Assembly: GCF_000012345.1 (NCBI RefSeq)
Contig: NC_007205.1
Location: 60,001 to 92,000 of the forward strand
DNA from: Candidatus Pelagibacter ubique HTCC1062
GTDB lineage: Bacteria; Pseudomonadota; Alphaproteobacteria; Pelagibacterales; Pelagibacteraceae
Direction: 5' to 3'
DNA length: 32,000 nt
Under the pieces are notes generated by a model. That model worked only from the letters and a program-made list of their open reading frames with translations. It ran no database searches and was not told where the DNA came from. Below are positions 16,587 through 25,063 of the stretch, piece after piece (position 1 is the first letter of the stretch; the number at the start of each line of letters is the position of its first letter). Position numbers and translations under genes: made by a program.

Positions 16587-16660
16587 TGTGTTAGAGATAA
16601 TTTTAATTTTTATCCTATGTGTTAGAAATAATTTATATTTTTTATGCTGTGTGTTAGAGA
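16587..16660. repeat. Three-unit ~32-bp tandem array starting with TGTGTTAGAR-ATAA
   Basis: Units start at 16587, 16618 and 16650 (spacings 31 and 32 nt): tgtgttagagataatttt..., tgtgttagaaataattta..., tgtgttagagataaatat... Confidence 0.8.
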
Positions 16661-16857
16661 TAAATATGAATATTAACAAAAGCTCAAACAGCCTTACATC
16701 ACTCATCCCTTTGGGATAATATATATAAATTTTAACATTGATCCATCAATTGTTGATTATTGCGGATGGCAATATTAGATTTTGATACAATTTATATTAT
16801 GGTTAAAGCCTAAATCTGGGGACTAAACTCAAATTAACTAATTAAATCTGATTTGTG

Positions 16858-16958
16858 GCAAATTATGAGAGATTTCACTCTAAATTAGAGATTTGACTAC
16901 CAGTATAGGATTTATAGCAAATTATGAGAGATTTCACTCTAAATTAGAGATTTGACTA
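16858..16958. repeat. 59-bp-period direct repeat (42-nt identical core x2, plus a degenerate third unit to ~17026) with an internal palindrome CTCTAA-A-TTAGAG
   Basis: 16858-16899 equals 16917-16958 (gcaaattatgagagatttcactctaaattagagatttgacta). Internal palindromes lie at 16878-16890 and 16937-16949. The third unit (~16968-17026) retains TTCTAA...GATATTTGAC...TTAGAA. Confidence 0.85.
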
Positions 16959-17114
16959 GGATTGCAGGATTTATTTCTAATTATCAGATATTTGACCCAA
17001 AATTAGAATTATTACATGAAACTGGGGGTAATTACTCTTATTAACTGGAAACTATCCCATAAACATTTTTACTCTATCTTAAAGAGTGTAAATAAAAACA
17101 TCTATCCATAATTA

Positions 17115-18461
17115 TTAACCATCAACCGTTACAATTGTTAAATCATCCTTTTGTATTCGACCAGATTTAATTATATCCTCGATAATCTTGTTTAATCTTT
17201 CATGGTTTGGAATTTGTTGATACTTTTTTATATAATCTTTAAATCCTTCTGCCTCTAACATATTTCCTTTAGCATCTCTTATTTCCGTAATACCATCAGT
17301 AAAAATATACATTGAGCTGTTTGAAAAATTAATTTTAGTTTCTTTAAATTTAAACTTAGGAGCAATGCCTAAAGGAGGTCCTGCTTCTTCAAAATTAGAA
17401 AAGTTTCCATCTTTAGAATAAATTAACGGAGGTTCATGACCAGCGTTTGATAAAGTTAATTCTTTTTTGTTACTATCGTAAATTCCAACCAGCATTGTTA
17501 CAAACATTCCTCTTGAAGTAGTTTCACAAATTTCTGTATTTAAAATATCTAAAAGACCTGCTGCAGAAAAATTTGTTTTACTTAAACATCTATAAAGACT
17601 AGATGCTTTAGACATTAGTAATGAAGATTTAATTCCTTTACCTGAAACATCTGCAACTCCAAATCCATAAACTCCATTGGATAATTCTGAAAAATTATAA
17701 AAGTCTCCAGAAACAACCTTGGCAGGAATATTTATTCCAGCAATAGGAAAATTTTCTTTAATGTTTTGAGATAGTAATGTTTTTTGAATCTCTCCAACAA
17801 TTTCTATTTCTTTTTCTATTCTATTTTTAACAATCAAATCTTTTGCCATCTTAGCATTTCTAATTGCTAATGCAGCAGGACCAGATAAAGTTTCTAAAAG
17901 TTTTCTATCGCTTTCTTCAAAAAGTTTGTTGTCTGTTTTTTTATTTAAACAATGAATAACACCAATACATTCATCTGAAACAATTAATGGTGAACATAAA
18001 ACAGAATAAGTTGTAAAATTTGTTTTATTATCTAAATCAAAATAAAATTCTGCAATTTCTCTTACATCCTTTCTAACATCTCCAACTCTTATACATTGTT
18101 TCATGAGTGCTGCTTTTCCCATGACACCTTGAGTAATTGGAATTTCAAAATCTTCTAGATATGCTTGGTGTTTTGATGCAATACATTGAAAGTTTTGCTT
18201 ATCATTATCTATTAAAAAAATGTTAGCAGCTTGAGCATTAATTCTTTTAATAATTAGCTCTAATGAAGTTTGTAGTGTTTCTTTTAAATCAAGAGTTTTA
18301 GCAAACTCCTGGCTCATTTTTGTAACCAATTCTAAGTCTTTAACGCTCGTATTGTCGACTTTTATTGTTTCTGTTTTTTTAGCACCAAAAAACATGTTAT
18401 TTATAAATTGATATTCATTAAATTTTTGATAGTTTTGAGACTGATGGAACTCATTATTCAT
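17115..18461 (-). CDS. GAF-domain-containing PP2C/SpoIIE-type serine phosphatase
   Basis: The N-terminal half is GAF-like (LETLQTSLELIIKRINAQAANIFLID...GVMGKAALMKQCIRVGDV...CSPLIVSDECIGVIHCLNK). The C-terminal half has PP2C motifs: SGDFYNFS, VADVSGKGIKSS, FTDGITEI and DDLTIVTVDG. Confidence 0.8.
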   Translation of the reverse strand: MNNEFHQSQNYQKFNEYQFINNMFFGAKKTETIKVDNTSVKDLELVTKMSQEFAKTLDLKETLQTSLELIIKRINAQAANIFLIDNDKQNFQCIASKHQAYLEDFEIPITQGVMGKAALMKQCIRVGDVRKDVREIAEFYFDLDNKTNFTTYSVLCSPLIVSDECIGVIHCLNKKTDNKLFEESDRKLLETLSGPAALAIRNAKMAKDLIVKNRIEKEIEIVGEIQKTLLSQNIKENFPIAGINIPAKVVSGDFYNFSELSNGVYGFGVADVSGKGIKSSLLMSKASSLYRCLSKTNFSAAGLLDILNTEICETTSRGMFVTMLVGIYDSNKKELTLSNAGHEPPLIYSKDGNFSNFEEAGPPLGIAPKFKFKETKINFSNSSMYIFTDGITEIRDAKGNMLEAEGFKDYIKKYQQIPNHERLNKIIEDIIKSGRIQKDDLTIVTVDG

Positions 18462-18560
18462 AGTCCTAACTTCTACTTACACCTTACAGACGCAATGATG
18501 CTTGTACAATATTGCATTGATGGTTTCATAGAACTGTCCTCCAAAATTAAATTATAAGTT

Positions 18561-19325
18561 GTGTTATATCTTATAGCATTTATCTTTGGAAGTATATGGG
18601 GTAGCTTTAGTAACGTTTGTATCCATAGAATTCCTGACGATATAAGCGTTGTAACAGGAAGATCCCACTGTCCATCCTGTAAAACCCTAATTAAATGGCA
18701 CGATAACATTCCATTATTTTCATATTTGTTTTTAAAAGCAAAATGCAGAGGTTGTTCGGCTAAAATTAATATTAAATATTTTTTAGTAGAATTAATATCA
18801 GCAATAAATTTTGTAGTAATTTTTCATTTCTTTGGAGTTTCATTAACTACTCTTCTTTTTTTTATTTTAAGCATCTGTTTTGTGATTATTTTTTTTATTG
18901 ATTTAAAACATTTCATAATTCCAAATGAGTTAACATACCCTCTTATGATAATTGGTTTATTAAAATCATTTGATCCAAATTTAAATACCACTCTGTTTCC
19001 AAATTTAGTTAACTCTTTAATAGGTGGTTTGTTTGGTTACATAATCATTTGGTTAATAATTTTTATTTATAAAAAATTAAGAAACAAAGAAGGAATGGGT
19101 TTGGGTGATGCTAAATTACTTTCTGTAATTGGTTTTTGGTTTGGATGGGCTTCAATTCCTTTTGTAATATTTTTTTCATCTGTCATTGCACTTTTAAGTG
19201 TTGTCCCAGATATAATTAAAAATAAAAAAGATCTTTCGTCTCAAATTCCTTTTGGTCCTTATTTAATTATAGGAAACTTAGTTTTTCTTATTTTTAATGA
19301 ACAGATAAGATTATTTTTGAACTAA
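18561..19325 (+). CDS. pilD: Prepilin peptidase / N-methyltransferase (A24 family)
   Basis: GSFSNVCIHRIP, the cysteine cluster CPSC...CRGC, multiple TM segments and the active-site context GMGLGDAKLL. It begins with GTG; an in-frame TAA at 18555-18557 prevents any upstream extension. Confidence 0.9.
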   Translation: MLYLIAFIFGSIWGSFSNVCIHRIPDDISVVTGRSHCPSCKTLIKWHDNIPLFSYLFLKAKCRGCSAKINIKYFLVELISAINFVVIFHFFGVSLTTLLFFILSICFVIIFFIDLKHFIIPNELTYPLMIIGLLKSFDPNLNTTLFPNLVNSLIGGLFGYIIIWLIIFIYKKLRNKEGMGLGDAKLLSVIGFWFGWASIPFVIFFSSVIALLSVVPDIIKNKKDLSSQIPFGPYLIIGNLVFLIFNEQIRLFLN

Positions 19326-19391
19326 GAATATAACCCAGAGTGGTCGATTAACCATTAGAATTATTTTTTAAATTAATATAGATCAGTGCGT

Positions 19392-20105
19392 ATGAAAAAA
19401 TTTCTTTCCATAATAACCATATTCGCTTTATCTTTTTATATATTGGTTGAATTTATAGGAGACAGATTAATTAAAAATATATTAGAAGATAATATTTCAA
19501 GTTCATTAAATAGAGAAGTATCAATTAAAAAATTAAGTATTGATTATTTAAGTGGTGAAGCTCGTGCAAATAACATTAAGATACTTAACAAAAAGTTTGA
19601 TGGTAATTTAGCAGAAGTAGATTTTGTTAAAGTAAATTTAGATACATTCTCAATTTTTTCTAATGATATATTGATTAACGATGTTCAATTAAACAATATA
19701 AATTTAAATTATTATTTTAAATTTTCTGACAGAATTACTTCAGACAATCTAAGAAATCTTCAACAAGATCTTGAATTTAAAAATACCGACTCTCAATCAA
19801 GCAAATACTTTAATATCAAAAACCTAGATGCTAAAAATATTAATTTAGCCGTATTATCTTCTGATTTTGATTTTGAAAAAACCTTTTCAATTAATGATAT
19901 GAATTTTAAAGATATTGGTAATACCAAGGATAGTAAAAACTACAAAGATATTTTAAAAAAAGTATTTAAAGACATGGTGGTTGATGTGCGAGAAAAAATA
20001 ATGAGTAATAATTTATTAGAAGCTGTTAAAAATTTAGATATCAAACAAATAGAGGATAAAGTAAAAGACAAATTAAAGAACAAGCTGAAAGGTTTGATTA
20101 ACTAA
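19392..20105 (+). CDS. Hypothetical membrane-anchored protein (weak AsmA/DUF748-like N-terminus)
   Basis: N-terminal TM (FLSIITIFALSFYILVEF), then an Asn/Lys-rich repetitive beta-like sequence. I prefer the ATG at 19392 (MKKFLS) over the GTG at 19386 given in the ORF track. The family assignment is by eye only. Confidence 0.4.
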   Translation: MKKFLSIITIFALSFYILVEFIGDRLIKNILEDNISSSLNREVSIKKLSIDYLSGEARANNIKILNKKFDGNLAEVDFVKVNLDTFSIFSNDILINDVQLNNINLNYYFKFSDRITSDNLRNLQQDLEFKNTDSQSSKYFNIKNLDAKNINLAVLSSDFDFEKTFSINDMNFKDIGNTKDSKNYKDILKKVFKDMVVDVREKIMSNNLLEAVKNLDIKQIEDKVKDKLKNKLKGLIN

Positions 20106-20315
20106 ATGAATACTTTTTTATTTATCAACATTATTATTGCATCATTAAATATATTCATTTTAGTTTATGCATATTCCTTAAATTTTTTTCCAATCAAATG
20201 GAGAAAAAAAATAAAACAAGATTCAATTGTTGGTTTGGCAATTATATTTATAACTATGCTTGATATGTTTGTGTGGGTTATATATTCCTATTTTAGGTTG
20301 TTTTCAGCTTCTTAG
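20106..20315 (+). CDS. Hypothetical small two-TM membrane protein
   Basis: 69 aa with two hydrophobic helices. Its start directly abuts the upstream stop (TAAATG). No recognisable family. Confidence 0.3.
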   Translation: MNTFLFINIIIASLNIFILVYAYSLNFFPIKWRKKIKQDSIVGLAIIFITMLDMFVWVIYSYFRLFSAS

Positions 20316-20344
20316 ATCCACTTGTGAGAGTGTTATAACTTGAA

Positions 20345-23300
20345 TTAATATCCTGTATCTCTCCAACCACCTGTATTTGACAAGATCTCACCAGGAACAG
20401 CTATAACAGAATATAAAGTATCACTGTCTTCACTAGGCCCTGCAACGTTTGCGTAAAGTTTGTCACCAAATATTACTAATTCAGATAAAACCCCTTCTCT
20501 AATGAATGTACAGTTGCTTCCGTTAGCTTCTGCGCCTTTAACAAGTTTATGTGAATTATTAGTTCCACATTCATCATCTGCTACACAAATATATGCATTT
20601 CCAATATTACATCGATTTGATCCTGGAGGCGGTTCATAAACTGGAAAATATACTTGTCCTTTAAATAAAGTTGGTGGGGCAGATGCTTTTCTGTGTGAAT
20701 TATTATCACCTTGTGTATCTAAATGGATTACCCAGGCACTTTCTGCAGAATCTGGGCAAAGACTAGCATCAGTATCTCCTGTAACATCTGAGCAAACAGT
20801 TGCATCATCAATCGATTTAGCATTATCAGCTCCTTGATGAGCTGTGGATGTAAAAGCTTGATCATCAAATGAAGGAATAGTCACTCCATTTAAATGTTTA
20901 AAATAAGGATAATCAAAATCTCTAATCCCATATAAAATATTATCCATATTTCTATCTATATCTCCAAGTTTATTAAAGTCTCCAGTACCACCAAACAACC
21001 AAAAATCTTTTGTGGTAACTCCTACACCTGCATCCATTGAGAAAAAAGTATATCTTTTATTGGTAGTACTTGCGTTTAATCTAAATAAGGTTGTTTGATC
21101 AAATAATTTAGCATCATTTTTTGTAGAGTCTGTTAAATTTATTTTAGTAATTTTTCCTTCTCTATCATTAATATAAACCATTGCCCCACGCCAAGGAATT
21201 CCAAATCCAGTATCAGGAGTGATCACAAGTGGGGACGTTGGAACCGCATTATTAATATTGCTACCGTTAGGTGTTTCAATTATATCATTTCCAAGAGCCA
21301 CGCCTGATGGCGATGTATCAACAATTGTAATTGGTCCACCGTTTTGATCTCCACCGTAAAGTTTTCCTGGCTCATCCATATTGTCTAATTCAACCATAAA
21401 CAAAGCAGAGCCCGCACATAAATTATTATTAGCCATTCCTGCACCCATAATTGCAACATATTTATCATTTGCTGGGTCTTCTCTCTCTGCTTCAATGTCT
21501 GATGGTAATCTTACAATTCTTGGTGTTGACCAAGTTTCACCTAATTTACTATAGTCAAAGAATGGATCAATTCCAGAAGATGATGTGCATGAGGTTTGAA
21601 CAAATATATTTGTTGTTTCTCTTGTTTCATTTACACTTCCACCTGGATTATAAATTTTATCTTCATCAAAAGTAATTACAAATTGGCCATCGATCATTCT
21701 TGCATCTGAAAATTCTACTGGCAAAAATTCACCATCAACCATTTCTGAAACATTTATCATGTTTTCAGGTATGGATTGATTATTTGGGGTATTAAAAGAT
21801 ATATCACTAAAAGTGAAAGTTCTTCCTATGTAACAAGAAGCAGTTCCAGCAGTTTTAAATTCTCCAGTCACATCTGCATCAGACTGACATACAGCAATTG
21901 CATCTTGATTAGTAGTCGTCTCCGAGTCGATGGCTTCATCAGCAGTAACAGCTTCATTAAAATTTGATTGCGCTTTTAGGGCTTCATCTGAAGCAGATAT
22001 TTCTGCAGAGCTTGAAAAATACTCTAATTCTCTAACTTCTCCTTCGTTGTCCATGATATATACAACATTATTAATATAATCATTATATACACTGAACATA
22101 TGCATTGGTCCTAAACCATCTCTTACTAGTGGAGTGGTTACATCTAATACTGAAAAACCAGATCCACCTCTTCCAAACGGTTGGAATAATATGGTATGCC
22201 AACTAGCGGAACCTTCGACATCACCCTCTGGAGTTAAGCCTTTCATAAACACATCATGGACAACTGGAGAGCCGTCTACTCCAAACACTGCATTACTACC
22301 TCCCTTAAATCCATCAATTGCTCCATCAAGTCTGGAGTTAATTAATGTAGGTAATTTTCCAATTAAAAAGGGTGGTAAGAATGCCCATTCTTCATTTCCT
22401 GTTTCAGCAGAAAAAGCATGGAGTAATCCACTGTTAGAACCTGCATATAAAATATTTCTTCTACTTTGTTGTGAAGCTTTAAAGGCTTGATAATTATTTA
22501 TAGTTCTAAAGTAAGCTTCTTGGTTATTATCAGTAAATTGGGTATTTCCATCTGGTGCGCCAATTTCAATTAATTGAGAATGATATATATCTCCAAGAAC
22601 ATGGCTTCTTAATTCTGTAGTGTCACAATCTCCATCATAATCAAAAAAATCTTGACCAGCTAAAAAACGTAGAATTCCATCTCGCTCATCATCTGTGGTA
22701 TCATCTCCACCACATTTTGATGTTGAGGAATGATAATTTCTAAGAACATATCCTAGTCTTTCCATCTCAGGTTCTAAAGTTGGTGCAGTAGCCTCATTAA
22801 CGTTATCCCAATTTCCTAAATAATCTAAACTTTGATCTGCAATGGGTGTCCATATATTTCTGCTATCAGCTGTACCAGGATCTGTAGGCCCGCCAGCTGC
22901 TTGCGTTCTTACTCGAGCTGCTGCATCCCAGTTTCCTGGTGCGTTAGGATCATGTTCAACTGTTCCATCTGCATTTAAAGTTTTCCTCAATATGGTTCCT
23001 TTCCACTCTCCAAATTGTTCATAAGCAAATTGCGCTTGGTATAATGAACCCCCTTGTTGAATGGTTGCTGTAATGGATGGTGCGGTAAATGCTAATCGCT
23101 CAGCTAAAATTTGTCTAATTTTCTGCTGAAGCTCAGTCTGAAGTTCCAGAGGTGTAGTGGCTACAATAGTTTGTTCACAATCTTCACCACCTGCTGCATC
23201 ACATGAACCAACTAAAGCTAATTCATTAAATCTATTCATACCACTAGCTTTTATTCCATCTCCATAAGCAACCATCAAAGTTTTAATTCCTAATTCCTCT

Positions 23301-25060
23301 CTCATTCTCGTAAGTCTGCCTGCCGTACGCCCTTGAAAACTAGTTGAAGCAGTTCCTGTACCAGACATCTCACCATCACCAATAACAATTACATAATTTA
23401 ACTGACAGTCAGAGTTTGGGTCATGAGGAGAAACTGGACCAAAAAAATAATCATGAGCAATCTGAGAAAATGCTTCAGAGTCTGTGCCCCACTCCACTCC
23501 TAATCTCTCAACAACAGGAATAGCGTTACCAGCACCCTCTGGACCAATTCCAACATTTAAACAAGAATTACCAGTACATATTCTGCTTTGACCAGCAGGA
23601 TGATTGCCGGACCAACCTCCATAATAATTGCAAGAAGTACCACTACCATGGCAATATTTGCCACCTCTTCTACCAGTTTTTCCCTGACTACCTTCGCCAG
23701 CGTTCCAGTGACCAAAACCAAAATTAGCACCACTAGTTAAAGTACTATCTGTCAAAACGGCAATAATTGCTGCTTTTGCTCCGTCTAGTCTTGTTATTTT
23801 TGGCCCACCATATTGAATTTGCCAAGCTGTATTTCTATTTGCAGATGTAAAATTAGCTTCTGTTAATTCATCAACATAACTATTATGACTAAATAAAATT
23901 CTCCCACCAGATTTACTTATAGCAGTTAGTGCATTTGTAACTCTAACGCTATCAGCAGCTAAATTTCCAGCAGCTTGACCAGCGTTTGAAAGTGAACTAG
24001 CGGTTCCTAGACCGGTAATACGTGTACAAATGTTGTACCCAGCAGTCCATTGTACTCTTACAAGTTCTCTTCCGCTACCTCCTACAAAAAAAATATCATC
24101 GTCATTGCTAGATAACTCAAATTGTGTAATTTGGTTTATAGTTGAGTTACGGCTAGCACGACACTCCTTTTTTTCACCCCAGGCATATGAAATTACATTT
24201 TGTCCTCCAACATTTCTTGTTGCATATTCATAAAGATTCCCATCATCAGAAATATACATTCTTGTAGAGTCGCTATTTAATCTATAACGGTTTCCGTCAT
24301 ATATTCTGCCAAACACATCCGTTTGACCTTTACCTCTACCTGTAATTTCTTCGCAATCAGCTTGATTTAGATTACAGGTCATTTGAAAAGCATTTTTTCT
24401 ACCCGATCTACCAAAAACTCCTACAATAATATGTCCTGCTGCATTAGCACTAATGTCCATACCGCGAATATGTTTTACACTATTTACCGTTAGTGCAAGT
24501 CTACATCTATATTGTGTATCAAGGGCAATAACTGCAACAGAAGAGGACCCATCATCAAATTGAACAGCAAATAAAAGATTTTCGTTACTGATATTAGTTC
24601 CTGGAACAGTTACTCCTGTTACATAGCGAGCTTCATGATATTTTCTAGTTGTAGAAATAAGATGATTAGTTGTTCTGGATCCATCCCTTAAACGGTAATC
24701 ACATCGTTGATCAGTATTACTTCCTGCCCACCAAGTATCTCTTGTATAAGATCCGCCTGATTGATTGGTTCCAGTAAAGTTAATTCTCTCACCGGCAGAA
24801 TTAAAAAGATATAATCCTCCCAGCGATTTATCGGCACTTGTTAAAACCCTATTTCCATTTCCATCGATTGCAGCAGAGCTTATAACAGGAATACCATCTC
24901 CTAATGTACGTCTCATACTAGCGGAGCTATCTAATAAAATTAAAATATTAGCTGGTACATCCCCTTCACCTGATCCAGGTGGCAATGGTTTTGCATAAGA
25001 TGTTTGATTAAAATTAATAATTAAAATTAATAAACTAAATAATTTAAATAATATTTTCAT
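20345..25060 (-). CDS. pilY1: PilY1/PilC-family pilus tip adhesin with an N-terminal vWA domain (1571 aa)
   Basis: Signal peptide. vWA MIDAS motif ILLDSSASM (aa 41-49) and later vWA strands (YVIVIGDGEMSG, IKTLMVAYGDG). PilY1 hallmarks: VLGDIYHSQL, LYAGSNSGLLHAFSAETGNEEWAFLPP and WLFGGTGDFNKLGDIDRNMDNILYGIRD. It is the last gene after the minor pilins. Confidence 0.8.
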   Translation of the reverse strand: MKILFKLFSLLILIINFNQTSYAKPLPPGSGEGDVPANILILLDSSASMRRTLGDGIPVISSAAIDGNGNRVLTSADKSLGGLYLFNSAGERINFTGTNQSGGSYTRDTWWAGSNTDQRCDYRLRDGSRTTNHLISTTRKYHEARYVTGVTVPGTNISNENLLFAVQFDDGSSSVAVIALDTQYRCRLALTVNSVKHIRGMDISANAAGHIIVGVFGRSGRKNAFQMTCNLNQADCEEITGRGKGQTDVFGRIYDGNRYRLNSDSTRMYISDDGNLYEYATRNVGGQNVISYAWGEKKECRASRNSTINQITQFELSSNDDDIFFVGGSGRELVRVQWTAGYNICTRITGLGTASSLSNAGQAAGNLAADSVRVTNALTAISKSGGRILFSHNSYVDELTEANFTSANRNTAWQIQYGGPKITRLDGAKAAIIAVLTDSTLTSGANFGFGHWNAGEGSQGKTGRRGGKYCHGSGTSCNYYGGWSGNHPAGQSRICTGNSCLNVGIGPEGAGNAIPVVERLGVEWGTDSEAFSQIAHDYFFGPVSPHDPNSDCQLNYVIVIGDGEMSGTGTASTSFQGRTAGRLTRMREELGIKTLMVAYGDGIKASGMNRFNELALVGSCDAAGGEDCEQTIVATTPLELQTELQQKIRQILAERLAFTAPSITATIQQGGSLYQAQFAYEQFGEWKGTILRKTLNADGTVEHDPNAPGNWDAAARVRTQAAGGPTDPGTADSRNIWTPIADQSLDYLGNWDNVNEATAPTLEPEMERLGYVLRNYHSSTSKCGGDDTTDDERDGILRFLAGQDFFDYDGDCDTTELRSHVLGDIYHSQLIEIGAPDGNTQFTDNNQEAYFRTINNYQAFKASQQSRRNILYAGSNSGLLHAFSAETGNEEWAFLPPFLIGKLPTLINSRLDGAIDGFKGGSNAVFGVDGSPVVHDVFMKGLTPEGDVEGSASWHTILFQPFGRGGSGFSVLDVTTPLVRDGLGPMHMFSVYNDYINNVVYIMDNEGEVRELEYFSSSAEISASDEALKAQSNFNEAVTADEAIDSETTTNQDAIAVCQSDADVTGEFKTAGTASCYIGRTFTFSDISFNTPNNQSIPENMINVSEMVDGEFLPVEFSDARMIDGQFVITFDEDKIYNPGGSVNETRETTNIFVQTSCTSSSGIDPFFDYSKLGETWSTPRIVRLPSDIEAEREDPANDKYVAIMGAGMANNNLCAGSALFMVELDNMDEPGKLYGGDQNGGPITIVDTSPSGVALGNDIIETPNGSNINNAVPTSPLVITPDTGFGIPWRGAMVYINDREGKITKINLTDSTKNDAKLFDQTTLFRLNASTTNKRYTFFSMDAGVGVTTKDFWLFGGTGDFNKLGDIDRNMDNILYGIRDFDYPYFKHLNGVTIPSFDDQAFTSTAHQGADNAKSIDDATVCSDVTGDTDASLCPDSAESAWVIHLDTQGDNNSHRKASAPPTLFKGQVYFPVYEPPPGSNRCNIGNAYICVADDECGTNNSHKLVKGAEANGSNCTFIREGVLSELVIFGDKLYANVAGPSEDSDTLYSVIAVPGEILSNTGGWRDTGY

Positions 25061-25063
25061 AAA

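Larger units (their letters stand above)
15813..16660. repeat. Dispersed 11-mer family TGTGTTAGAGA / TGTGTTAGAAA(T), about 11 strong copies plus 4 variants
   Basis: As TCTCTAACACA or ATTCTAACACA (motif on the minus strand): 15813-15823, 15835-15845, 15975-15985, 16339-16349, 16358-16368. As TGTGTTAGAR (plus strand): 16012-16022, 16397-16407, 16481-16490, 16587-16597, 16618-16628, 16650-16660. Variants are TGTGTGAGAGAAAA at 16097 and 16118 (21-nt spacing) and TGTGTTATAAT at 16139 and 16503. Confidence 0.85.
15771..17114. other. 1.34-kb ORF-free, extremely AT-rich, repeat-structured intergenic region upstream of pilMN
   Basis: The ORF track has no entry on any frame here, whereas flanking genes are separated by -44 to about +150 nt. 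One line I counted (15901-15960) has 7 G/C in 60 nt. The region is dense in repeats; see the separate repeat features. Confidence 0.8.

Noticed and set aside
16666-16719. A 17-aa micro-ORF (MNINKSSNSLTSLIPLG) right after the third TGTGTTAGAGA unit
   Set aside because: There is no ribosome-binding site and no leader-peptide-like codon bias. Short ORFs of this size are expected by chance.
15771-17114. The repeat-rich region as a mobile element remnant, prophage att site or replication origin (iterons)
   Set aside because: There is no transposase, integrase or rep gene and no terminal inverted repeats bounding the region. There is no tRNA target and I saw no DnaA-box (TTATCCACA) cluster. An iteron-like binding function cannot be excluded, but mobility is unsupported.
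18473-18709. A 78-aa minus-strand ORF spanning the GAF::PP2C-pilD intergenic region
   Set aside because: It overlaps the well-supported pilD 5' end, has no recognisable motifs and has an odd composition. It is most likely spurious.
20316-20344. TTGTGAGAGTGTTATAA at the pilY1/orf69 convergent junction, resembling the TGTGTGAGAG and TGTGTTATAAT variants of the intergenic motif family
   Set aside because: It is a single, imperfect, fused occurrence in a 29-nt spacer. That is insufficient to call it a related site without genome-wide statistics.
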